Positions 47,895 to 56,534 of a stretch of 64,000 bases of DNA are shown piece after piece. The DNA comes from Candidatus Eiseniibacteriota bacterium. GTDB lineage: Bacteria > Eisenbacteria > RBG-16-71-46. The stretch is taken from NCBI GenBank assembly GCA_031364845.1, contig JANLWX010000018.1:1-64000 (forward strand). Direction: 5' to 3'. The number at the start of each line of letters is the position of its first letter. Position 1 is the stretch's first letter. A model generated the notes under the pieces. It was not told where the DNA came from. It saw only the letters and a program-made list of their open reading frames with translations, and ran no database searches. The position numbers and the translations under genes are program-made.

Positions 47895-49244
47895 GTGCCA
47901 TCCGTTTCCGCACCCTCCGCACCGCCCGCCGGCGCCGAGGGTCGCCGCAACTTCAGGCTCGCGGTATGGAATGGCGTGCTGTTCCAGGCCGCCGAAGGAT
48001 TCGTCGACCCGGGCACCGTGATTCCGGTGCTGCTGTCGCGGCTCACGGCTTCGAATGCGTTGATCGGATTCGCCTCGGCGATGAGCGACATGGGCTGGCT
48101 GCTCCCGCAGATATTGGTGGCACCGTGGGCATCGCGGCATCCGCGCCAGATGTGGCTCTACCGGCGTGCCGCGATGGTACGCGCGGTTGGCCTGTTCGCG
48201 GTCGCCGCACTCGCGATTCCACTTGCCGGTCATCCGGCAGCAATGCTCGCCGTGTTCTTCATCGGCTACGGCTCGTACTCGATCGCGGCGGGTGCCGGAG
48301 CGGTCGCGTTCATGGAAGTCGTGGGGCGCACGGTGCCTCGCGAACAGCTCACGCCGCTGTGGGCGCAGCGCCTGTTCTGGGGCGGGATCCTGAGCGCGGT
48401 CGGCGCGATCGGCGTGCGGCAGGTGCTCGAGCTGGAATCGCACGGCCTGCGTTTTACGATCCTGTTCAGCGGGGCACTCGTGTTCGCGACGAGCGGATGG
48501 ATGATGTTCACGCGCATTCGCGAACCCGCCCACGCTCCCGGGGCGGGCGGCGCCTCGCCGTTCGGACTGCTGCGCGAAGGCATCGAACTCGTGAAATCGG
48601 ACACCGTGTTCCGGCGGCTGCTGATCGCGCGCTCGGTGCTCAACGTGTGGTTCGCCGCGAGCCCGTTCATGGTGCTGTTCGCGGTCAACGATCTCGGCGG
48701 CCAGCTGCGCGCCGCCGGCACGTTCCTGATCGCGCGCATCGCGGGCTTCGTGCTCGGCAATCTCGTGTGGATGCCGCTCGCGCGCCATCACGGCAATCGC
48801 GCGATCATGCTCACCGGCACGGTGCTCGCCGGCGTGCTCGCGCTGCTCGCCGCGGCGATCGCGCTCGCTTCGCCATGGAAACTCGCATGGATCTCGGCGC
48901 ACGCGGCCGTCATCTCGCTCGAAGTGCTCGCGTTCTTCGGAGGTGTGGTCCACAGCGCGCTCAGCGTGGGCTACGCGAGCCTGTCGATCGAACTCGCCCC
49001 ACCCGGACGGCGGCAGGCGTTCGTGAGTCTGCTCAACACGTTCGTCGGACCGACGATGCTGCTTCCGATGTTGGGCGGCGCCCTGCTCGACGTGACGAAT
49101 GCGCCGGTGTTGTTCACTCTGTGCGGCGTGCTCGCGCTGATCGGCAGCCATGCCGCGGCGAAGCTACCGCGCCCGCATGAGATCGGTCACGATGGCCAAG
49201 CACCGCTGACGGACTCGGGCGTTGCGATCGCCGAGAGCACTTAG
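47895..49244 (+). CDS. MFS transporter
   Basis: About 12 TMs; GWLLPQ; ELAPPGRR. Confidence 0.85.
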   Translation: MPSVSAPSAPPAGAEGRRNFRLAVWNGVLFQAAEGFVDPGTVIPVLLSRLTASNALIGFASAMSDMGWLLPQILVAPWASRHPRQMWLYRRAAMVRAVGLFAVAALAIPLAGHPAAMLAVFFIGYGSYSIAAGAGAVAFMEVVGRTVPREQLTPLWAQRLFWGGILSAVGAIGVRQVLELESHGLRFTILFSGALVFATSGWMMFTRIREPAHAPGAGGASPFGLLREGIELVKSDTVFRRLLIARSVLNVWFAASPFMVLFAVNDLGGQLRAAGTFLIARIAGFVLGNLVWMPLARHHGNRAIMLTGTVLAGVLALLAAAIALASPWKLAWISAHAAVISLEVLAFFGGVVHSALSVGYASLSIELAPPGRRQAFVSLLNTFVGPTMLLPMLGGALLDVTNAPVLFTLCGVLALIGSHAAAKLPRPHEIGHDGQAPLTDSGVAIAEST

Positions 49245-49275
49245 GCCGGCCCACTGGCTTGAATGGAGGCTTCCG

Positions 49276-49629
49276 ATGAAGACCCGCGAAGTGCTGGTCG
49301 CCGTCCCCGATCTGTTCTTCTCGACCCGCATCATGTCGACGGCACAGCAGCTCGGCGTCCAGGTCGTGGCCTGCGCGCCGTCTGAACTCGCGGCATGCGC
49401 CCGCAGCGCGATTCCCGATGTCGCGATCGTCGATCTGCACGCCGAAGGCGCGCTCGAAGGGGTTCGAGCGCTGCGCGCCGATCCGGTGATCGCGAACGTG
49501 CGCGTGGTGGGTTTCTATTCGCATGTGGACAACGCGCTGCGCGCCGCCGCCATCGAGGCCGGCGTCACCGAACCCATGCCGCGCTCCGCATTCACCGCGA
49601 AACTCGCAACAATCCTTTCGGGGATCTGA
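49276..49629 (+). CDS. single-domain atypical response-regulator receiver protein
   Basis: DLFFSTRI, PDVAIVDL, VVGFYSHVD, AG...MPRSAF; the conserved Lys position appears to be Arg; GGAGG RBS. Confidence 0.75.
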   Translation: MKTREVLVAVPDLFFSTRIMSTAQQLGVQVVACAPSELAACARSAIPDVAIVDLHAEGALEGVRALRADPVIANVRVVGFYSHVDNALRAAAIEAGVTEPMPRSAFTAKLATILSGI

Positions 49630-49679
49630 AACGTGCGTTGTTTTCCGGCTCCACCGGGAGCGGGCTATACTCCGCCGCA

Positions 49680-50468
49680 ATGACTCCTTCACGATTGCTG
49701 CTCTCGGTGGCCGCGCTGTGTTTCGCGCTGTGCGCCGCTTCCGCGCACGCCGCGGATGCGCCCGCCGTCACCGACTCGGCCCGCACTTCGGATCCGCAGG
49801 CGATCGAGATCGCCGACCGCGTGATCGCCGCCCTCGGCGGCACCGACCGCTGGAACAAGCTCCGCGGTCTGCGCTGGTCGTTCGAGTCTGCGTTGCGCGA
49901 CACGGTCCGCAGCTCGCGCCGGCACAGCTGGGACAAGTACACGGGATGGCACAAGGTCTCGGGCACGATGCGCGATGGAACCGCATTCACGTTCATCGAC
50001 AACATCAACACGGGCGAAGGCCGCGCATGGATGAACGGGCAGGCGATCGAAGGCGATTCGCTGGCGAAGTTAATGAAGCGCGCGAAATCGCTGTGGACCA
50101 ACGACACCTATTGGATGCTGATGCCGTACAAGCTGCGCGATCCCGGCGTGGTCCTGCGCTACGAGGGCCCGGTGCGCGAGGGCGACTACATCTGGGACAA
50201 GCTCGCGCTGTCGTTCCATCAGGTCGGCGAAACCCCCGGCGATCGCTACTGGGTGTTCGTGAACCGCGCCACGAGTCGGGTCGAGAAGTGGGAGTTCGTC
50301 CTGCAAGGTGATGCGCCTCCGGCCAACGTCTACGCCTGGGAAGGCTGGGAAGAGCACGGCGGCCTGTGGTTCCCGACCGCGAAGCGCGGCGCGGAGGGGC
50401 GCGTGATCTACACCCGCAACATCGAGACGATGGACGCGATACCCGCCTCGGAGTTCGCTCAACCCTGA
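49680..50468 (+). CDS. secreted hypothetical protein (DUF6503/LolA-like)
   Basis: Signal peptide; ALGG..RW; WTNDTYWMLMPYKLRDPGV. Confidence 0.75.
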   Translation: MTPSRLLLSVAALCFALCAASAHAADAPAVTDSARTSDPQAIEIADRVIAALGGTDRWNKLRGLRWSFESALRDTVRSSRRHSWDKYTGWHKVSGTMRDGTAFTFIDNINTGEGRAWMNGQAIEGDSLAKLMKRAKSLWTNDTYWMLMPYKLRDPGVVLRYEGPVREGDYIWDKLALSFHQVGETPGDRYWVFVNRATSRVEKWEFVLQGDAPPANVYAWEGWEEHGGLWFPTAKRGAEGRVIYTRNIETMDAIPASEFAQP

Positions 50469-51146
50469 ATGTCACGACCCGACGTCACCACCTTGCGCGT
50501 GAGCGAGTGCTTCCTTTCGATCCAGGGCGAAGGTCCGTCGGCCGGGGTCCCCGCGCATTTCGTGCGGCTCCAGGGTTGCGATGTCGGCTGCCACTGGTGC
50601 GACTCCAAGTACACATGGGGCGTGAGCGGCGGTCGCGAATCCACGGTCGATGACATCCTCGACGAAGTACGCGCCCTCGGCGATGCGCCGCTGCTGGTCG
50701 TTACCGGTGGCGAGCCTCTGCAGCACGACGGCGTCTATGGACTGCTCAAGCAGGCGCTCCTGCGCTGGCCGCGCGTCGAAGTCGAGACCAGCGGCATCAT
50801 CGGTCCGCGGATGCACGACGAGCGTCTGTATTGGAACGTGTCTCCCAAACTACCCGGGGTCACGGCGCGGTGGGAAGAAACGTGGCGGCACGCGGGCGAA
50901 TGGGCCCGCGCTGAGAACGCCACGTTCAAGCTCGTCGTCGGCAACGAGCAGGATCGCGACGATGCGTTGCGCCTCGTCGCCGAGCATGGGGTCCCCGCAT
51001 CGCGCGTGATGCTGATGCCCGAAGGCCTCACCGATGACCAGGTGCTCGCGCACGCTCCACTCGTCGTCGATACGTGCAAGGCTCACGGATTTCGCATGAG
51101 CCCGCGGCTCCACATCTGGCTGTGGGGCGCGCGGAGAGGCGTATGA
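50469..51146 (+). CDS. queE: 7-carboxy-7-deazaguanine synthase (radical SAM)
   Basis: [32 protein letters not shown]. Confidence 0.95.
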   Translation: MSRPDVTTLRVSECFLSIQGEGPSAGVPAHFVRLQGCDVGCHWCDSKYTWGVSGGRESTVDDILDEVRALGDAPLLVVTGGEPLQHDGVYGLLKQALLRWPRVEVETSGIIGPRMHDERLYWNVSPKLPGVTARWEETWRHAGEWARAENATFKLVVGNEQDRDDALRLVAEHGVPASRVMLMPEGLTDDQVLAHAPLVVDTCKAHGFRMSPRLHIWLWGARRGV

Positions 51147-51847
51147 GCGAACGCGCGGTCGTGCTGCTGTCGGGTGGGCTCGATTCGACCACGTGCCTCG
51201 CGTGGGCGCGCGCGCAGGGATACGAGTGCCACACGCTCGCGATCGACTACGGCCAGCGCCATCGGGGCGAGCTGGCGGCTGCGCGAACCGTCGCCGGCGC
51301 ACTCGGTGCCTCAGAGCATCGCGAAGTGCGCGTGGATCTCCGCGCGATCGGAGGGTCGGCGCTCACCGGCACGCTCGCGATGCCGCGCGATCGCGAGATC
51401 GAGGAGATCGGCGCGGGCATTCCTTCGACCTACGTGCCTGCACGCAATACCGTATTCCTCTCGATCGCCCTGGGATGGGCGGAAGTCCTGAACGCGCCGC
51501 ATCTGGTGGCGGGGATGAACGCGATCGATTACTCCGGATATCCCGACTGCCGTCCCGAATTCGTACGCGCGTTCGAGCGCCTCGCGCGGCTCGCGACGCG
51601 GGCCGGCATCGAAGGCGTCGAGTTCCGCGTCCACACGCCGCTCATGGAGCTCGACAAGGCCGGCATCATCCGGATGGGCCTGGTACTCGGCGTCGACTAT
51701 GCGCTCACGCACTCCTGCTACGATCCGTCACCCGACGGTGCCGCGTGCGGGCGTTGCGATGCATGCGTGCTGCGGCTCAAGGGTTTTCACGAGGCCGGGC
51801 GCACCGATCCCATTCGGTACTCGGCGAACGCGGGCGGCGCGGCATGA
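51143..51847 (+). CDS. queC: 7-cyano-7-deazaguanine synthase
   Basis: [29 protein letters not shown]. Confidence 0.97.
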   Translation: MSERAVVLLSGGLDSTTCLAWARAQGYECHTLAIDYGQRHRGELAAARTVAGALGASEHREVRVDLRAIGGSALTGTLAMPRDREIEEIGAGIPSTYVPARNTVFLSIALGWAEVLNAPHLVAGMNAIDYSGYPDCRPEFVRAFERLARLATRAGIEGVEFRVHTPLMELDKAGIIRMGLVLGVDYALTHSCYDPSPDGAACGRCDACVLRLKGFHEAGRTDPIRYSANAGGAA

Positions 51848-51926
51848 GGCTCGCCGAAACGCGCCGCGCCCGAACCCCATTGATCCGATTCGCAGCGCGC
51901 CACCCGATCCCATAGAGGTTCCGACC

Positions 51927-52292
51927 ATGCGCATCGATCTGACGAAGGACTACACATTCGAAGCGGCGCATCGGTTGCCGCGCGTGCCGCCCGATCACAA
52001 GTGCTTTCGCATGCACGGTCACTCGTTCCGCGTCGAAGTCGTGGTCGCGGGCGAGATCGATCCCGAACTCGGATGGCTGCTCGACTTCGCGGACATCACC
52101 GCTGCCGTCGAACCGTTGATCAAGCGTGAACTCGATCACCGATCACTGAACGACGTGCCGGGTCTCGAGAATCCGACCTCTGAATTGCTGTGCATGTGGT
52201 TGTGGAATCGTCTCGTCCCCGCACTACCGGGACTGGCCGCGATCACGGTCGCCGAGACGTGCACGGCACGCTGCACCTATCGCGGCGAGTGA
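51927..52292 (+). CDS. queD: 6-carboxy-5,6,7,8-tetrahydropterin synthase
   Basis: FEAAH, C..MHGHS, LDH, NPTSE, ET. Confidence 0.96.
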   Translation: MRIDLTKDYTFEAAHRLPRVPPDHKCFRMHGHSFRVEVVVAGEIDPELGWLLDFADITAAVEPLIKRELDHRSLNDVPGLENPTSELLCMWLWNRLVPALPGLAAITVAETCTARCTYRGE

Positions 52293-52432
52293 CTTCGCGG
52301 CACGAACCAGGGCCGCTGTCCGGCCGCCGGCGTTGTAATAAAGGCGCTCCGATTGCGGATCGCATGCGCGATACGGGCATCATAGAAAGCGTTCCGGGCC
52401 GTAAATCCCCCTCCAGCATGCGAATTCCCCCT

Positions 52433-52448
52433 TGGAATGCGCTTTGCT
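52433..52448 (+). promoter_or_regulatory. putative sigma-54 (-24/-12) promoter
   Basis: TGGAATGCGCTTTGCT: GG-N10-GC spacing with TTGC, in an intergenic region. Confidence 0.6.
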
Positions 52449-52458
52449 CTACTGCCAG

Positions 52459-52589
52459 TGAGGCAACCCTCAGTGGTGGTCCGTGAAACTACGGAGCCAC
52501 GGGAGCGCTGCTCCCGCGGGCGCGGATTTTCCGGTGCGAGCGCGGTGACGTCCGGGTGCCCGCTGTGGAAGGATATCGCTTCCGCAGCG
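52459..52589 (+). ncRNA. candidate structured leader or small RNA (five consecutive stems)
   Basis: Back-to-back hairpins at 52459-72, 52476-500, 52501-15, 52516-63 and 52561-89, beginning about 12 nt after the -12 element. Confidence 0.4.
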
Positions 52590-52621
52590 TACATCGAGTG
52601 GAAGGGAGAAACACCAACACC

Positions 52622-53542
52622 ATGAATACGAACTCGAGAGTCTTCATCACCGGAGTCAGCGGATATCTCGGAAGTGCGATCGCCACCCGGCTGGTCCGGT
52701 CCGGCTACGAAGTCCATGGCCTGACCCGCAACGTCGATCGCACCTCCGATCTCTCCGCGCGCGGCATCCACCCGGTGGTGGGCACACTGTCGAAGCCTGA
52801 GACGTTTCTTCCGGCACTCAAGAATTGCGACGTCGCGATTCACGCCGCGTTCGACCCGTCCGATGTCGCAAACCAGGACCGGCTCGCGCTCGAGGCAATT
52901 CGGATCGGCGCTCTCGACGGCCGCGTCCGGCAGCTGCTCTATACCAGCGGCGCGTGGGTTCATGGCGACACCGGCGGACAGTCGATCGACGAATCGTCAC
53001 CGCTCAACCCGATCGATCTCGTTCGGTGGCGCGCGGCGCACGAGGACGTGGCCATCGACCTGAGCGAGCACGACGTCAAGGTCGTGGTGCTGCGGCCGGG
53101 CACGGTGTACGGAAGCTCGCGCGGCATAATCGGTTCAATGTTCGCCGAAGCGCACGATCATGGAACGCTTCACTATGCCGGCACCGGTGCCCAGCACTGG
53201 GGTTTGATCCATCGCGACGATGTTGCCGAGGCCTACCTGCGTGCGCTTGAACGCGCGACCGGCGGCGAACGGTATCTGTTGAGCGATGGGTCCCAGTACA
53301 CGGTTCGCCAGATCGCCGAAGCGATCGCCAAGGTCACCGGAGCGCAGTTGCGTCCGCGCGACTCGAGCGAGGTCCTCAAGCAATTCGGCCTGTTTGGCCG
53401 GGCGCTGCTCACCAGCCAGAAGCTCGACGCATCCAAGGCGCGTCGCGATCTGGGGTGGACGCCCAAGCACACATCGGTGATCGACGAAGTGGCACAACTA
53501 AATCAGGACTGGCTCGCGTCGCGGGGCACGCCGGTCGCATAA
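52622..53542 (+). CDS. NAD-dependent epimerase/dehydratase (extended SDR)
   Basis: ITGVSGYLG, YTSG.WV.G, LRPG.VYG, IHRDDVA, LGWTP; GGGAG RBS. Confidence 0.9.
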   Translation: MNTNSRVFITGVSGYLGSAIATRLVRSGYEVHGLTRNVDRTSDLSARGIHPVVGTLSKPETFLPALKNCDVAIHAAFDPSDVANQDRLALEAIRIGALDGRVRQLLYTSGAWVHGDTGGQSIDESSPLNPIDLVRWRAAHEDVAIDLSEHDVKVVVLRPGTVYGSSRGIIGSMFAEAHDHGTLHYAGTGAQHWGLIHRDDVAEAYLRALERATGGERYLLSDGSQYTVRQIAEAIAKVTGAQLRPRDSSEVLKQFGLFGRALLTSQKLDASKARRDLGWTPKHTSVIDEVAQLNQDWLASRGTPVA

Positions 53543-53571
53543 ATCCTGAAGACACCGGCTCACATCGCCTG

Positions 53572-53601
53572 ACGGCGCACCCTCACAAGGGTGCGCTGTT
53601 T
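53572..53601 (+). terminator. intrinsic terminator
   Basis: ACGGCGCACCCT-CACA-AGGGTGCGCTGT plus a short T tract. Confidence 0.6.
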
Positions 53602-53651
53602 GCGTTGGGCAGACACCGCCCTCATTACGACGGGCCCTGCGCTGGCGTAGG

Positions 53652-54665
53652 ATGACGCGCATGGCCCACCGCCTCCGCTTTCCACCACAGTCGCTCATCC
53701 ACGGGTGCGCTCGATTCGCGCTCGCCTTCATGGCCATTGCGACCCCGCTCGTGGCCGACGCCGCCGCAAGCCGCCCGGCGGTTCGCGCGCCGGCGGATCC
53801 CGCATTCGGTTCGCACTGGCACGATGGACGGGCAGAGCTCGATGGGTACGGCTTCGCCGTCCGGCGCTACGGCGAGCCGCGCACGGGACAGGCGACGATG
53901 GTGTTCGTCACCGAGCCCTTCCGCGCGAGCACGCGCGTCAAGATCGACGATCCTTCGCGCGCGCCCGCCGATGTGTTCGAAGCGCTCAAACTCAACCTCG
54001 TGCGCGATTTTCAGACCGGTATCTACGACTACAACACGATGGTCTCGCTGTTTTCACGCAGTGACTCGTTCGATCCGGTGAAGCTCACCTTCACGAGCGC
54101 CGAATGGTGCGGCAATGTGTACGAAGAGCTGCTCATCGATCCGCAGAACATCCAGCACCGCGTGTTCAGCTACTTCGAAGGCGAGACCTCACTGGGCACA
54201 CTGCCGCGTCCACCAGGCGGCGTGATCGAGGAGGAACTGTTCGTGCGGCTGCGAGGACTCCGTGGCGAGTATCTGCGCCCGGGCGAGAAGCGCTCCGTGG
54301 CCTTCCTGGCCGGATCCTTTCACCGCCGTCTCACGCATGCACCTGCAACCTGGACGCGGGCGGAGATCGAGCGCACCGCAGCTACCGAGCGCGTGCAGGT
54401 ACCGGCAGGAAGCTTCGCAACGCGGCTCTACGTCGTGCGCGTGACGGGCGGGCGCGAAGGCCGCTTTCATATCGAAGCTGCCTATCCCCATCGCATCGTG
54501 AAGTGGGCATGGAGCGGCGCGCGCGGTGCAGATGCCGAAGCCAGCGAGTCCGGCGAACTGACCGGCACAGAGCGCGTCGCGTACTGGAAGATGAACGGCA
54601 GAGGCGGAGAGCGCGGGCTCGAGAAGCTCGGATTGCAGCCTTCGCCGGGCGCTTCAGGTCGCTAG
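53652..54665 (+). CDS. conserved secreted hypothetical protein
   Basis: Signal peptide; WHDGRAEL..Y...RYGE.R, FVTEPF, KLN...FQTGIYDY, EWCG, SYFEGE, YW. Function unknown. Confidence 0.75.
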   Translation: MTRMAHRLRFPPQSLIHGCARFALAFMAIATPLVADAAASRPAVRAPADPAFGSHWHDGRAELDGYGFAVRRYGEPRTGQATMVFVTEPFRASTRVKIDDPSRAPADVFEALKLNLVRDFQTGIYDYNTMVSLFSRSDSFDPVKLTFTSAEWCGNVYEELLIDPQNIQHRVFSYFEGETSLGTLPRPPGGVIEEELFVRLRGLRGEYLRPGEKRSVAFLAGSFHRRLTHAPATWTRAEIERTAATERVQVPAGSFATRLYVVRVTGGREGRFHIEAAYPHRIVKWAWSGARGADAEASESGELTGTERVAYWKMNGRGGERGLEKLGLQPSPGASGR

Positions 54666-54677
54666 CCGACTTCCTCG

Positions 54678-56534
54678 ATGGAGCCCACCCCCGCACCTCC
54701 CGCGCGCCGCCCACGTCCGGGCGTCCTGCCCATAGTCCTCGCGGTGATCGGCGTGGCCGCCATCGGAGTGTGGGTGCTGCGGCCGATCATCACGAACCTG
54801 GTCGCCGGCAAGTTGCGCGCGGCCGCCGCCGCGCGTGATCTCACGGCAACGTGGCGTTCGCTGGAAGTCGGGTTCGGTACCGCGCGGATCGGCGATCTCT
54901 CTCTTTCATCGGCGGTGGGAGACACCGTGCTCGCGGTGCGGAACCTGTCGGTCGCGATCGCCCCGCTCTCGATGCTGGTGCTGCGACCGCGGCCACGCTC
55001 GATCACGCTCGACAGCGCGCGCTTCACGATTCGCGCGCGAGGCCCGGCGGATTCCGACACGCTCGATCCGAATCCACCGCCGCCGCCTTCACCGCGCCGC
55101 GGGCGAACTGATCACCCGGAGCGATCCCGGCGCCTCGTGAACGCGGTGCATCAGGCGGTGCGCCTGCTGTTCATCCCTGCACACCAGCTGCCGCGCGTGC
55201 GCATGGCGCACCTCACGATCACTCAGGCGTCATCCGAGCCGGGCACGGCAACGCGCACGGTCGACATCGACACGCTCACGGCCGATCCCACCGCCGCGGG
55301 CATCGGTCTCGGCATCCGCGGAACGCTGCGGGCGGATCAGGTGGTCCCGTTCTCGGCAACCGCCACGTACGGCCGCGACGATCGCCTCGCGGGTCACGCG
55401 CGTTTCATGCTGCCCGCGGCTCGCGGCGGTGAACGCGAAACCCTGGCAATGGAGATCGACGGGGTGCTCTCGCAGGACCGGCGCGCCCGCGTCGCGCGCC
55501 TCGGCGAAGCGACGCGCGTGAGCGTGGGCGCGCTGCCGATCGGAGTCGCGGGCGCGGTGTGGCAGCGCGGACCGCGATTCGAACTCGCGATCACCGCCGA
55601 CAGCGTCACCTCGGACCAGATCCACCGGAGCCTGCCCGCGTCGCTGCTGGGCCCGTTGCTGGATGTCTCGACGCGCGGATCATTCGACTACCGCCTGCAC
55701 TTCGATCTCGACCTCGCGCGACCCGAGGCCGTCGACTTCACCGCCGACGTGATCCCGAATGCGCTGCGTCTGGATTCGTCGACACGTCTGCGGCTCACGG
55801 GGCTCGCCGCTCCTTTCACCGCCGTGATCCATCTGCCGCGCCACACGACCACGCGCGATCTCTCGCCGGCCAATCCGCACTACCGCGCGTTCGACGACAT
55901 CGATTCGCTGCTCACGCACGCCGTCGTGACGAACGAGGACGGGGGCTTCTTCCGCCATCGCGGCTTCAACACCGAAGCGGTGAAGCAATCGATCGCCGAG
56001 AACCTGCGGGCCGGGGCGTTCCGGCGCGGCGCCGGCACCATCACGATGCAGCTCGCGCGCAATCTGTACCTCGGCCACCAGCGCACGCTCGCGCGCAAGA
56101 TGCAGGAGGTCGTGCTGGCATGGGTGCTCGAACACCTGACCGGTGTCGGCAAGCGCCGCCTGTTGGAGATCTACTTCAACATCATCGAGTGGGGTCCGGG
56201 GGTTCACGGCGCCGACGAAGCGGCGCACTACTACTTCGGTCGCGACGCTTCGCGCCTGACGATCGACGAGTCGCTGTTCCTCGCGACGATCGTTCCCTCG
56301 CCGTTGAAGTGGCGCTACCGCTTCGACTCGGAAGGCGCGCTGCGCCCGTTCGCGCAGGCGCAGATGCACTTCATCGGCCGCGCGATGATCGCGAAAGGCT
56401 GGCTCGATGCGGCCATGCTTCCCGCAGCGGATCAATTACGAGTCGAGCTGCGAGGTCCCGCGCGCGACGTGCTGCACCCGCCCGCGCCCGGCGCGCCTCG
56501 AACCGTCGAAGCGCTGGTGCCGTTCCTGCCATGA
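54678..56534 (+). CDS. monofunctional peptidoglycan transglycosylase (GT51) with large N-terminal periplasmic domain
   Basis: NEDGGFFRHRG, GAGTITMQLARN, RKMQE, YFNIIEWG; no transpeptidase domain. Confidence 0.88.
   Translation: MEPTPAPPARRPRPGVLPIVLAVIGVAAIGVWVLRPIITNLVAGKLRAAAAARDLTATWRSLEVGFGTARIGDLSLSSAVGDTVLAVRNLSVAIAPLSMLVLRPRPRSITLDSARFTIRARGPADSDTLDPNPPPPPSPRRGRTDHPERSRRLVNAVHQAVRLLFIPAHQLPRVRMAHLTITQASSEPGTATRTVDIDTLTADPTAAGIGLGIRGTLRADQVVPFSATATYGRDDRLAGHARFMLPAARGGERETLAMEIDGVLSQDRRARVARLGEATRVSVGALPIGVAGAVWQRGPRFELAITADSVTSDQIHRSLPASLLGPLLDVSTRGSFDYRLHFDLDLARPEAVDFTADVIPNALRLDSSTRLRLTGLAAPFTAVIHLPRHTTTRDLSPANPHYRAFDDIDSLLTHAVVTNEDGGFFRHRGFNTEAVKQSIAENLRAGAFRRGAGTITMQLARNLYLGHQRTLARKMQEVVLAWVLEHLTGVGKRRLLEIYFNIIEWGPGVHGADEAAHYYFGRDASRLTIDESLFLATIVPSPLKWRYRFDSEGALRPFAQAQMHFIGRAMIAKGWLDAAMLPAADQLRVELRGPARDVLHPPAPGAPRTVEALVPFLP

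Noticed and set aside
51911..51926. AGAGGTTCC resembling the 5' end of a preQ1-I riboswitch before queD
   Set aside because: No complementary CCTCT arm or A-rich tail; it is explained by the queD Shine-Dalgarno.
50469..52292. queE-queC-queD as a 7-deazaguanine DNA-modification (dpd) defence island
   Set aside because: No dpdA/tgt paralog or other defence genes nearby; housekeeping preQ0 synthesis is simpler.
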